A DNA stretch of 63,299 bases, filler included, from Klebsormidium nitens (GCA_000708835.1; 4 parts of 4 records of this genome joined end to end with filler, not necessarily neighbours in it), one strand, 5' to 3'. Numbered from the whole stretch's first letter, positions 49,803 to 60,622 are shown. Made by a program: numbers and translations. Notes: generated by a model not told the origin, from the sequence alone.

Positions 49803-50624
49803 AGATTAAGTATGATCTGCAAAGAACCCTTGTACCATGCACAGTCATTGAAATTTGTCGAATCCAAGTTTTCGACAATGTATGCTTCTTCCCAATGATA
49901 CAGCAACTTGCATGGAAGGCCCGTTGAGAAGTATCTACACACGACTAAGTTTGAACCAACGCGAGTAAGTCTAGTCAGCAATCAGATGCGCTTCAGACTT
50001 CGTCACTTGCCCTGACGGCGTTCATCAATCATGTTTTATCGCAAGATACTATAGCATGCTATCTCGATCCAAGCTCTTGCCAATGGACCCGGTTCATAAA
50101 TCAAGAGCTACTGTAAGTTTCCGCAAAATGATCTAGTGCGATTCCATAGCATGGATCAATCATGTCGATCAGATATCCAACATGACCCCACGCGTAATAG
50201 CCATACTCTATCAATAATAGAAAGGATTGTACAATGCAAAATTTGGTCAAATTGTACCAGAATCACGGTCTGTATCTTCAGTCGCAATGCACTTGCACTA
50301 TAAAGGGCGCTTCGATGATTTTTGTACAACCCGCATATTGTCTATTTTATACTCTTAAACCTAGTACGTAATGTACAGGGCATGTTTCATGCCATGCAAC
50401 CGCGGCTAAATAGTGCCGCAGAAAATTGTTCAATCTGAAAGTTGATTTCTCTACAAACGCGCAGGCAAATCCTGATCTAGAACAGGATCTCCGGCATACC
50501 GTACTTCAAGTCAGCCAACGTCAACTCGGGGGATTCCCGCTCGCTTTTTGACGACCTTATTCCGGCCTTGAGCTAAGGCCGCATAAAGAGCCAAAATTGT
50601 AGTGATCTCTTATGTTTTGTGGCC

Positions 50625-53600
50625 TCAATTCCATATCCCTTTGCCGAAGCCTCTGAACAACTCAACCACGGCTTTGACCGTATCTCTCGGCGCGTTCAAA
50701 GTGATGCTCTTGTTGCCGCTCTCCGCAACGTCAGCAATCGGGAACCGGTTCGTCATCGCATCCTCCATCCCCGGGCCCTTCATAAGCTGTTCTAGCTGCT
50801 CGGTAGTAGTCTCCTCGCAGTCTTGCGGGGTGTCCCGTATGGCTTCGACGTTATAGCCTATTAACCCCAGCAGCTCCTTCTTTTCTCGGATGAAGTCGTC
50901 GCCCGGATTGGGGGTTCGTGAGTAGACCTGCCGATGAAGAAGTTCGGGGAGTGGGCAATGACGAGCGTACGTCCAGCACACTCATGAGGTTGCTGAGGAG
51001 ACGGTCTTATGTGAGAACATATGTTTCCGACAAAACAAAGCAAGAAGCAGATCTTTTACGGGCAACCTGGCCTGCGGCACGCATCCGCTCAGCCTGACGT
51101 GCCGCTGACGTCACCCGAATCGATCACAAGCCTGCTAAACTGACCGAATGAAACATCCCCGGTTATGTCCAGCCACAAGCTCCGCTAAGCAGGCGACTTC
51201 TGCTCAAGTAAGCTTACACCGGTCTATTTCCGAAACCCTCACCTGTACAAACGTGGTGCCCTTAGCGCCCGACACGATCGCGAAGTTGTCGTAGTCGGTG
51301 GCGATGACGTCATAGGGCGCCCGGGGGATGAACGGGATGCTCGGGAACCGGAGGAAGCACTTCCCGACCAGCCCCGGCTCGTCGTCGTCGTCGACCTTTT
51401 GCAGCTTCCGTAACTCCTCAGGCTGACAAAGGAATTCAAACGGTTACTGAAGCAGTTCTGAATGTACAGTCTGCCTTTCACCGGGGCCCTGATTTCGCAG
51501 GAAGTCATGGGGGCTCACCTTTAGTTTGAGCTGGTCGCACCATTCGCCCGAGGCTCATGGAACTCTCTTTGGGCTGATCTGTTCAGACTGCGACCGGGTG
51601 ATAAGCGATACATTGTTAAAACGAAGTATTTTCGAGTCGGGGCAACTCATGTTCGCTCTCGGGAGCGAGTCGACCGTAGGCTCTCATGGTAGTGAGAAGT
51701 AGCGTCAAGTTCAGTTCAAATTACGCTTTTCAACTTTGCGAGGTTGTTGTGTTAGTCTCCTCGCAACGTCGCTATTCAGAGCGAAGGTGACTCTCTCAAG
51801 TCACCCGCAAGAGCAAGCAAAGACAGGACGTGTATTCAGACACCTCGCCATCGCTCTCATCATTTTCAGCTTGTGGAACGTGCCGTCTCGTCATCCTCCG
51901 CCGCATTTAGTATTCCGCTGAGAGGGGCTTGGTTGCTCCTGACAAACTTCTAGTGACCACTCAATCCCGATCTGCTCTGATTGTCAACACAAGCCGTGTG
52001 CGCATCCTTCACTTGTCATCTCCAAGGAACAAATGACCACACCCAAGGAAGAAATGACCATACCGAACGCACCCCTTTTACTTTATCACCGTAGTAAGCA
52101 TGGATCAGGAGCCTGCCACGTGTCGCCTGCCGAGTACTGTGGACACGTGGGTCCACTCTGGACGCATGCTGCTCCTCTCATCCATTTAAAACCGGATTCG
52201 GCAGCCCGCTTCGAAATGTGGAGCTTCCAAACAACATCACAACTGAACTCATATGTATGTATGTAATGATTAATAAGGAGCGTTCAGCAGGGACTCTCAC
52301 CTTGACGCAGCTTACGGTCCCCCGTATCCCGGTCGTGTACCCGGTTGGGGACCCGTGGACACAGAACGTGTCGACGTTGATCTGTCGCCTCGCCTCGTCG
52401 AAGGAGTAGACGCCCTGCGTACAGTGACAGTCCTCCTGCGGGACGGAGAAAGGATTCGCTTCCAGCTTAATTGGACATCTGTCAAGAGTGATTTTGGTGG
52501 CCATACTGTCCGTTGGTTGGGAGTGGTTCTCGTGGCCATACTGTTGGTGAAAATGCATCGGCCTTAATTGGATCATACGTCACCAGAACTGATGAAAGAT
52601 AGGATGCTTCACCTTCGTCAAGAAGCGGCGGGTGCATTTCGAGTCCTTGTACGAGTTCTGGGGTATTGGAAGGCGATATGCGTGCAGAACCAGATACGAT
52701 CCAAAAGGACAACGCCGTGCTGAAGCCCCTCAGTTACAGTCCTCTGAACAAAGACGAATCCTCCCTGGCTAGCAATCAGCGGCAAGAGCAAACAAGGTTC
52801 GCAGGTGACTCGAAGGAGAAGAGACAAGTAGACGTCGTCAAGACAATTGAGTGGACCTTTCGTCAAAAAGTATCCAAGAAATCATCCTCGTTTCTCTCCG
52901 CACTGGTCAGCCTAACGTGGGACTTGCGTGCCGATCTCGGACTTCTGGTGATACTACAAAAACCAATCAGATGGTGAAGTGGCCTTCGATCACAATTCTC
53001 TTTTCCAAATAGCATGGGGGACTCCGGATTCGTTGGGAAGAACAAGCAAGCTCCACCTAGCTCCCTACGAATCCTTCTTCGTCAGTCCTCCCAGACTGAC
53101 GGCTGGGGTTGTCAGCATCAATTTAGAAACAAAAAAGACAAACAAATCGACGTCAACGTTGGGGGGGTGTGACGAACAGGGGTGTTGAGGAGGCACGTAA
53201 TTTAGTCGACGGTTCAAACTGCTCTCGAAGGATTGGCGTGCGGTAGAGCACGGTCGGCTTTTGACTTCCACAAACCTGAAGGACGACTCTTGTCTTGAAA
53301 AGTCCAAATCTGCAGACGCAAACGCCCATACCTGGCCTTGTCCCGCAAAACCTTGTTTCAGCGATGCCACCTCGTACCACCGCCCGGCGTAGCGGCGAGG
53401 GTCAAACCCGGGGACAGTCATGCCTTGCATCATCAGCTGCTCGCCCTCCGCTCCAGGAGGCCCTGTTTTGGGCCCGGGTATCACAAGAGGGGGCACCTCC
53501 GCGACGTCGCACACATTTACAGGGCCCCGAAACTGTTCTGCAAAGGCCATCTGCACAACCAACAAGTTGGTGATGGTCTTTTGACCATCGATGTTTTCAG

Positions 53601-54705
53601 GCAACTCCAAACTTAAGGTCGAGTTTTCCATACTCCACTTATGGTCCAGTTGAGTGGTTTTAGTAAACGTGTGAGATAAGTCGTCAGATTGCTGGGTTGT
53701 CATTTGTCAAATTATGGAAGAGGGAATCCGTTCTCAGCAGTTGAGTGGGTCAGCCTCAAAGCCGCGCTTAGAAGTGATGCCCGCATGATCTTTTTATCGC
53801 TTGTACTCGAATCCCTGCTATTGCCAGTATATGCCCCCAACATACTGAAAGTGCGATGGGCAGAAAGCGAAGCACCTCTTCTAAAGGGGGAGCTACGAGT
53901 ATACACATTACACATTGGAGTAGGACCAGAAACAACAAAGGACGGCAAAACGCACCTGCGGTTGTCCAGATGTCAACAGTGCAACGCTTAGCACGGCAGC
54001 AGCCGCAGGCCCCACTTTTTGCCTGGCGGTCTCCAGGGCCTGTGCCAAATTGCACCGCACCGCCTTCACAGGGCCTTTTCGCTTGGCATGACTGATACAC
54101 AGAAATAATCTTGGATGTTTGCACCTTGCTCAACACGTCAGTTTAAAGGCTTCTCTTTCGCCATTCTGATCCTCTGCGAAGGCTTGGAATGTTTCCAATG
54201 GCTTGTGTGGATTGGACGGATATCCAGAGGAAGCTTTTAAGCTAGAGATCTCTTTGTGCAAGCTTTGATTTAATGGGAGAGACACGACGCTATTATCAAA
54301 CAACATAGTCACTGAAAGCGAGCACAATCAGTTGCCACGTCAGCGATGAAGATTCCCAACTGGCTTGTCCAGTTTCGAATTGCCCCTTCCCTTTGAAGTG
54401 ACAATCTCAACAGCGATTCTTCCAAAGAGGCTCCGATTGCAGAAAGGCACATGCATACATCGTGCTCACAACGATATTGTAATTGGGCCTAGAAAAACCA
54501 CCCAGAAAAATCTGGTTGGCCAAAAGCTATGGGGCAGTCAACCCAGCCTCTAAAAACAAGGGCTTCACCTGTGAGTTGCTGGGCAAGGACGGGGAATCTT
54601 TTTGTCAGTGACCCTGCAACTTCCATCTGGACCCCCTCTTGCGTCATGCCCTGTCAGCATTGCATTTTGCAACCTTGAAGCAGGACCAGACACGGCCATC
54701 GCCAT
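50625..54705 (-). CDS. CHL: Chloroplastic (thylakoid lumen) lipocalin, 6 exons
   Basis: Exons 54705-54569, 54091-53956, 53550-53332, 52435-52301, 51422-51243 and 50927-50625 join in phase. GRWYEVASLKQGFAGQGQ|EDCHCTQGVY...TFCVHGSP, KCFLRFP...YDVIATDYDN, VYSRTPNPG...DTPQDC. Bipartite targeting peptide ending AFA. Confidence 0.95.
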
Positions 54706-55317
54706 CTTTGCTGCACAATTGGGAAGCGCTGCGGCTTTCCTGCAAAGTAACTCTATCGACAGCCTCAGACAATTGAAGCCCAAGAGCTGCACCTGCTCTG
54801 TGCTTCGAGAGTGTTTCCTGCCTCCCTCTTGAGTCTCAAAACCCTGCCTGAGGCTGCAGCCTTCTCTGACAAATTGATCAACACGGTGTGCCTCATGCAT
54901 CTGCCGTCAAGCCTGCTGGCTAATACTGATTTAGTAATACCTAGTACAGCTGCAGTCAGCTGCAGTGCATGCCTTACGCCGTGACGGGAAAAAGCGCCAG
55001 CAAGCCAAATGAAGTTCGGTGTTAAATTTGGGCCAATTACAGCGCGCCACGTCATACCCCTGAAGACCCAATAGAGGGAAGGTGTCCGGAACGGTAGTAC
55101 CAGGGGTCGAAACCTGAGGCCGGAGCCGGTACGGACCCAAGTTGTCCCAACCCGATCACCGGGCACTCGGAAGCAGCGGCCAGTGTACCCTAAGTAGGTT
55201 ACTTACGGAGATTTTCTTCTCCTCCGAAAACTCAAGTACAATGTTGCAGCTTTTGCACGTATGGCCATACATACATATATATCGGCAATTTGATCGGAGA
55301 GGGAAAAATCTGTACTA

Positions 55318-55417
55318 NNNNNNNNNNNNNNNNNNNNNNNNNNNNNNNNNNNNNNNNNNNNTTAATTAATTAANNNNNNNNNNNNNNNNNNNNNNNNNNN
55401 NNNNNNNNNNNNNNNNN
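55318..55417. other. Synthetic assembly spacer N44-TTAATTAATTAA-N44
   Basis: Identical to the cassettes at 28943 and 60523. Confidence 0.9.
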
Positions 55418-56180
55418 CAGGCCCTTCTGCAAAAAGTGCAACTAGGTGGCGCACTTTTGGGCCCTTGAAGAAGGGCCTGCAAATATCTGCAACGAAGTGT
55501 CCCACTTTCCGGGACTCGGCAACGAGTGCAACGAAGTGTCGCACTTCTGCCGCGAGGTGTTGCACTTTCAAGGACTCTGCGAAAAGTGCAACGAGGTGCC
55601 GCACTTCTGCAACGAGGTGTCGCACTTTTAAGGGCTCTGCTGAAAGTGCAAATAGGTGTCGCACTTTCAGGGACTTTGCGAAAAGTGCAACCAGACATGT
55701 GTCGCAGTTTTGGGCCCTTGAAGAAAGGCCTGCAAAAATATGCGACGAGGTGTCGCACTTTCCAGCACTTGACAACGAGTGCAACTATGTGTCGCACTTC
55801 TGCAACGAGGTGTTGCACTTTCAGGTACTCTGCAAAAAGGGCCAGCAAACATCTGTACACGAGCAACGCCAAAAACTTGTCCTTGAAACTTGTCCTCTGC
55901 AACGAGGTGTCACACTTTCAGGGACTCCGCATAAAGTGCAACTGGGTGTTGCACAAGTCTGCAACGAGGTGTCGCACTCTCACGTACTCTGCAAAAAGTG
56001 CAACTAGGTGTCGCACTTTCTAGTCTTGACCCGGCGACAAGTGCATCTAGGTGTCGAACTTTTCGGCCCTGAAGACAGGCCAGCAAACATCTTCGACGAT
56101 GTGTTGCACTTACAGGGACTCTGCGAAAAGTGCAACGAGGTGTCGCACTTTCAGGGACTCTGCAAAAAGTGGAACAAGGT
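55418..56180. repeat. Modular palindromic tandem array, left part
   Basis: Repeated core GC(A/G)AC(G/T/A)AGGTGTCGCACTT with 21-, 39- and 51-bp unit types. Runs into the gap on the left and is cut at 56180 by a TIR element. Confidence 0.92.
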
Positions 56181-58923
56181 CATCGCAAATTTTCCAATGA
56201 ACCGACCAGGTGCCGCAGACATGCCGACCAGGCAGCTTTAGTGCCGCACGCGTGCCGTCGACTGCTGCCCACCTGCCGCAGCCCACCGTTCGGCACTCTG
56301 TTTGCCGCAACAAGTGCCGCATGATGCCGGCAATGTCTATGGCTGCCGGACGGCCTCATGTTTGTGCCGTACAGGCAAGCCGTCATGTTTGTGCGCGGCA
56401 GCCGATGTCCGTGCCAACTTCGCCGGCTGCCGTGACGGCTCGTGCATATGCCGCACGCAATACTGCCACTTTCAAATAGTGCCGGACACATGCCGCCCAC
56501 CGTGCCGCCACCGTATCACTCGGTACCGGGTTGAACACGCCGGGACGAGGCTTGCACGCATTACGATGTGTAGCCTTATCCGACATGTCGAGCGTAAACT
56601 GCGCGCTAGGATCTCTTCAGATGCTTCAGGCTTGTGCACGTTTTAAAAGTCTAGAAGGGTCTGAGCGTCTTAAACTAAGTGGCTAGTAGTTCCCCTGCTC
56701 GCGAGGGCACTTGGGGATGAAAAAGAGACCTCGGGAAAAGTCGTGGAGCCAAATAAAAGAGGAATGAGTACTAGCGCGCAGTTTACGATGAACATGGGGA
56801 CACCGCTATGCAGCGTAAACTGTGCGCCAGAAGGCGAAACCGGGAAAAGGCGCATTCATGTGAGAATCGAACCCGTCCCTTTTCGATCGCAGCCTTGGAA
56901 ATCCGGCGCGCTACCACTAGGCTACTATCCACTGCGACAGAGATTGGTCAGCAGTAAATATACATAAATTTATAGTACACCGGCCGGCCGCTGTCATTTC
57001 CGGGCGGAATTTGAGCGGCCAACCTTGGGCCGTGCCTGCGTGTCGTGTCGCCAACCGGTCTCTAATGCCGCGGTCGGTCCTGTGGCGCCTCCCGGTCCAT
57101 ACCTACGGAGAGTGGTACATACCTGGCCTGAGGTATGTACCGACGATCTGCGATCTGTCGATCCGCCGTCGATGATCGCATCGACGGTCGGAGTTCAAAA
57201 TTCGGGCCCGTGGCAACCTCAAGTAGGTAGTTCAAATTCAAAATTCAACTCACTCAGTCACTTATACGCAGTGACCTACGGTACCTAGCCTAGACTCAGC
57301 CTAGGCCTAGATTCGACACATAATATAGGCCTAGACTCGACAGTGAAATAGGTCGCTAGCTAGGTAACCCATGAGTCGGGCGCCGTGTTGTAGGACGCCA
57401 CATGGCGCGGGTCCTTTAAGTTACTTTCAGATTTCAGTGCAATGCCACCCCACAACGGCATTGTCCGTGTGCGTTAATAGAGCAGCGGAGCAATGGCGAC
57501 CGGGGATCGCAGATGTCAGACATGAGGCGGCTGGATTCCAATTGGGGCGCAACATGTGGAGACAAGGGCCAAAGGAAAGATCGCATATGCAACATTGTGC
57601 TCGGCTTCCAAAACTTTGAATCAAGCTCTAGCTAGATGAAGTAAGAGATTCAAATAGATGCGAGTCTTTTAAAGATGGCATCGGATGCCGCAGTGGCATA
57701 GTAAGTTACTGCCATTTGCGTACGTGCAAGTGACACAAGTGAATTCTCTGAAGAATTTGTGTGAGAGTTGTTCATCTTGACTGTCATTATTGCAATATTT
57801 GCTGATAGAATTCTCTTTTACAAACCAGCTTTGCAGCTTGATATTGAGTTGGATCGTTCCCACTGATTACCTCAATCGCTCATTTGTTTGCTAATTGTAC
57901 ATTGCAGGATAAGCATTGTTGTCAATCAAGATTTGCGTGATGATCAAGAAAGGCAACAATTGAGGGTGAGACACAAGTTATACTAGCTTGTCAAGCGTTG
58001 ACAGTAGTATAAGGTTGATCTCAATTGATGTCTTGACCAATGACGTGAGTGCGTGTCATGTTCAATGTGTCTTTGTTGCTGGCGCACAACTTACGCTGGT
58101 GAGGCATATGGAGGTTTCAGCGTAATTTGTGCGCCTAGACTCATTCGGGCGCATTGTCTCCGCAGGAACGCTTATGAACTTAAGGAGCTGTTATGTAAGT
58201 TCTGAGAGCCGTCATATTTGAAGGAAGTTTCTACTTTGTTGGTAGCAGATCCATGTTGCAATAAGCGGAGGATAATTGAGCGAAGAAAAGCAAAGTTGGA
58301 GGGCCCCCTGAGCGGAGCGAAGTCAGGGCGGAAACTTCGCTTTTCTGAGCTCAGTTTTCCGGAGCTGCGCCGCAGGCAGTTTCTGCAGATTTGGGGCATT
58401 GAGAAAGGCGTTTCGTGCATTCTGAGAGCATCGTGGCGTCCTAAGTGTCCTAGGCAAAAACATTATAGCTAGTCGTTTTATGATATGCAATTTCGTCGTT
58501 TTGCGCAAAGTTTACGACCATCATCCACTTCGAGGTTTCTGCGTAAACTTTGCGCTGGTCCTCAGAATGTTGCCTATGCCGGCCAATCCCTGTGTCTTGC
58601 CGTGTCAATGCCGCAAATATGAGATTCGTGCCGTATGACATGCCGTGCCAATACCGTACACATGCCGTTGCGGCTGCCTGACGGCTAGACTGCATGTGCC
58701 GTACCACAATGTGCATCGGGCCCCAGAGTGCCGCACATGCGCCGGGTACCTGTGCCGCTCCTGCCGTCTCGGCACCAGAACGGCTGCCTGCCGGCACCAA
58801 CACAACCGGACGGCAGGCTGCGACACCTCGATGACTGCCGGAGCGGCACACCGTGACGGCATGTGCCGTAACTGCCGCCGGCAGCTTGCGGCACCTGGCC
58901 GGCAAGCTGGAAATTTTGCGATG
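56181..58923. mobile_element. 2,743-bp non-autonomous DNA transposon, CATCG...CGATG termini (CMC/EnSpm-like)
   Basis: 37-bp imperfect TIR, 30/37 identical (CATCGCAAATTTTCCAATGAACCGACCAGGTGCCGCA vs CATCGCAAAATTTCCAGCTTGCCGGCCAGGTGCCGCA). 2-bp TSD GT at 56179-80 and 58924-25. Removing it restores the array unit ggaacaaggtgtcgcac also seen at 59347. Both ~330-bp subtermini carry a dozen or more TGCCG motifs. Confidence 0.88.
56858..56931 (-). pseudogene. tRNA-like sequence (degenerate tRNA-Trp/Gly-like) with intact Pol III A and B boxes
   Basis: Minus strand GGATAGTAGCCTAGTGGTAGCGCGCCGGATTTCCAAGGCTGCGATCGAAAAGGGACGGGTTCGATTCTCAC. A box TAGCCTAGTGG, B box GGTTCGATTC. Acceptor and anticodon stems pair poorly, so it is not a canonical tRNA. 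Confidence 0.6.
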
Positions 58924-60481
58924 GTGTCGCACTTTTCAGGACCCGGTAACGAGTGCAGCTAGGTGTCGCACTTTTGGGCCCTTGAAAAAAGGCCAGCGAC
59001 TTAAATCTGCGACGAGGTGTCGCAGTTCACAAGACCCGGCAACGAGTGCAACTAGCTGTCGCACTTCTGCAACGAGGTGTCGCACTTTCAGGGACGGACT
59101 AGAGCTGCGAAAAGTGCAACGAGGTGTCGCACTTCTCCAACGAGGTGTCGCACTCTCACGGACTCTGCAAAAAGTGCAACTAGGTGTCGCACTTTCTAGA
59201 ACCCGGCAACGAGTGCATCCAGGTGTCGCACTTTTTGGCATTTGAAGACAGGCCATGCAGCAAACATCTGCGACGAGGTTTCGCACTTTCAAAGACTCCG
59301 CAAAAAGTGCAACAAGGTGTCGCACTTTCAGGGACTTCCAAAAGGTGGAACAAGGTGTCGCACTTTCCAATACCCGGCAAAGAGTGCAACTAGGTGTCGC
59401 ACTTTTGGGCCCTTTAAAGAGGGCCAGCGACTTAAATCTGCGACGAGGTGTTGCACTTTCCAGGACCTGGCAACGAGTGCAACTAGGTGTCGACTTCTGC
59501 GACGAGGTGTCGCACTTTCAAGGACTCTGCGAAAAGTGCAACTAGATGTCGCACTTTCAGGACCCTCTGCAAAAAGTGCAACAAGGTGGCGCACTTTTAG
59601 GCCCTTGAAGAAGGGCCAGCAAATATCTGCAACGAGGTGTCACACTTTCAGGGACCCGGCAAAAACTGCAACTAGGTGTCGCACCTCTGCAACGAGGTGT
59701 CACACTTTCACGGACTCTGCAAAATGTCCAACAAGGTGTTGCACCTGCAACGACAGTGTCGCACTTTCAGGGACTTTGCGAAAGTGCAACTAGGTGTTGC
59801 ACGTTTGGGCCCTTGAAGAAGGGCCAGTAAAAATCTGCGACGAGGTGTCGCACTTTCCAGGACTTGGCAACGAGTGCAACTAGGTGTCGCACCTAGGTGT
59901 TGCACTTCTGCAACGAGGTGCAGAAGTGCGACACTTGTAGGGACTCTGCAAAAAGTGCAACGAGGTATTGCACTTTCAGGGACTCTGTAAAAAGTGCAAC
60001 TAGGTGTCGCACTTTTGGGCCCTTGAAGAAGAGCCAGCAAATATCTGCATCGGGATGTCACACTTTCGGGGACTCTGCAAAATGTGCAACCTAAGGTGTC
60101 GCACTTTTGGGCCCTTGAAAAAGGGCCAGTAAAAATATGCGACGAGGTGTCGCACTTTCCAGGACTCGGCAACGAGTGGGCAACGAGTGCAACTAGATAT
60201 CGCACTTTTGCAACGAGGTGTCGCACTTTCAAGGACTTTGCGAAAGGTGCAACGAGGTGTCGCAGTTCTGCAACGAAGTGTCGCGTTTTCAAAGGACTCT
60301 ACAAAAAGTGCAACTAGGTGTCGCACTTCCAGGGACTCTGCAAAAAGTGCAACTAGGTGTCGCACTTTTGGGCCCTTGAAGAAGGGCCAGCAAATATCTG
60401 CAACGAGATGTCGCATTTCCAGGGATCCTGCAAAAAGTGCAACTAACGGTAAGTGTCGCACTGTTCTGCAACGAGGTGTCG
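58924..60481. repeat. Modular palindromic tandem array, right part
   Basis: About 40 units with the same core and orientation as 55418-56180. Unit types of 21, 39, 39, 51 and 54 bp. Confidence 0.93.
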
Positions 60482-60522
60482 CATCGGATAAAGCGGGGGT
60501 CGCCGGTAAGGTGCCGGGCAGT
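60482..60522. mobile_element. Left terminus of a second CATCG-family element (runs into gap)
   Basis: The array core breaks at gaggtgtcg|CATCGGATAAAGCGGGGGTCGCCGGTAAGGTGCCG. CATCG (pos 1-5), CCG (22-24) and AGGTGCCG (28-35) sit in the same register as in the 56181/58923 TIRs. Confidence 0.65.
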
Positions 60523-60622
60523 NNNNNNNNNNNNNNNNNNNNNNNNNNNNNNNNNNNNNNNNNNNNTTAATTAATTAANNNNNNNNNNNNNNNNNNNNNN
60601 NNNNNNNNNNNNNNNNNNNNNN
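60523..60622. other. Synthetic assembly spacer N44-TTAATTAATTAA-N44
   Basis: Identical to the cassettes at 28943 and 55318. Confidence 0.9.

Noticed and set aside
56101-56170. CCHC zinc-knuckle look-alike (CEKCNEVSHFQGLC) in the third frame of the 39-bp unit
   Set aside because: Spacing fits C-X2-C-X4-H-X4-C, but the very common aacTAGgtg variant is a stop in this frame and adjacent knuckles would share a cysteine.
56858-56931. Functional canonical tRNA gene
   Set aside because: Acceptor and anticodon stems do not pair and the anticodon identity is ambiguous (TCC vs CCA).
55418-60481. CRISPR-like array (constant repeat with variable spacers)
   Set aside because: Linkers are not unique: they are a few recurring classes of 2-35 bp. 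No cas genes are present and the context is eukaryotic.
58853-60570. Track ORFs across the array as current protein-coding genes
   Set aside because: They switch frames at indels, lack credible starts and arise on both strands from 3n periodicity. Kept only as an ancestral-coding hypothesis.
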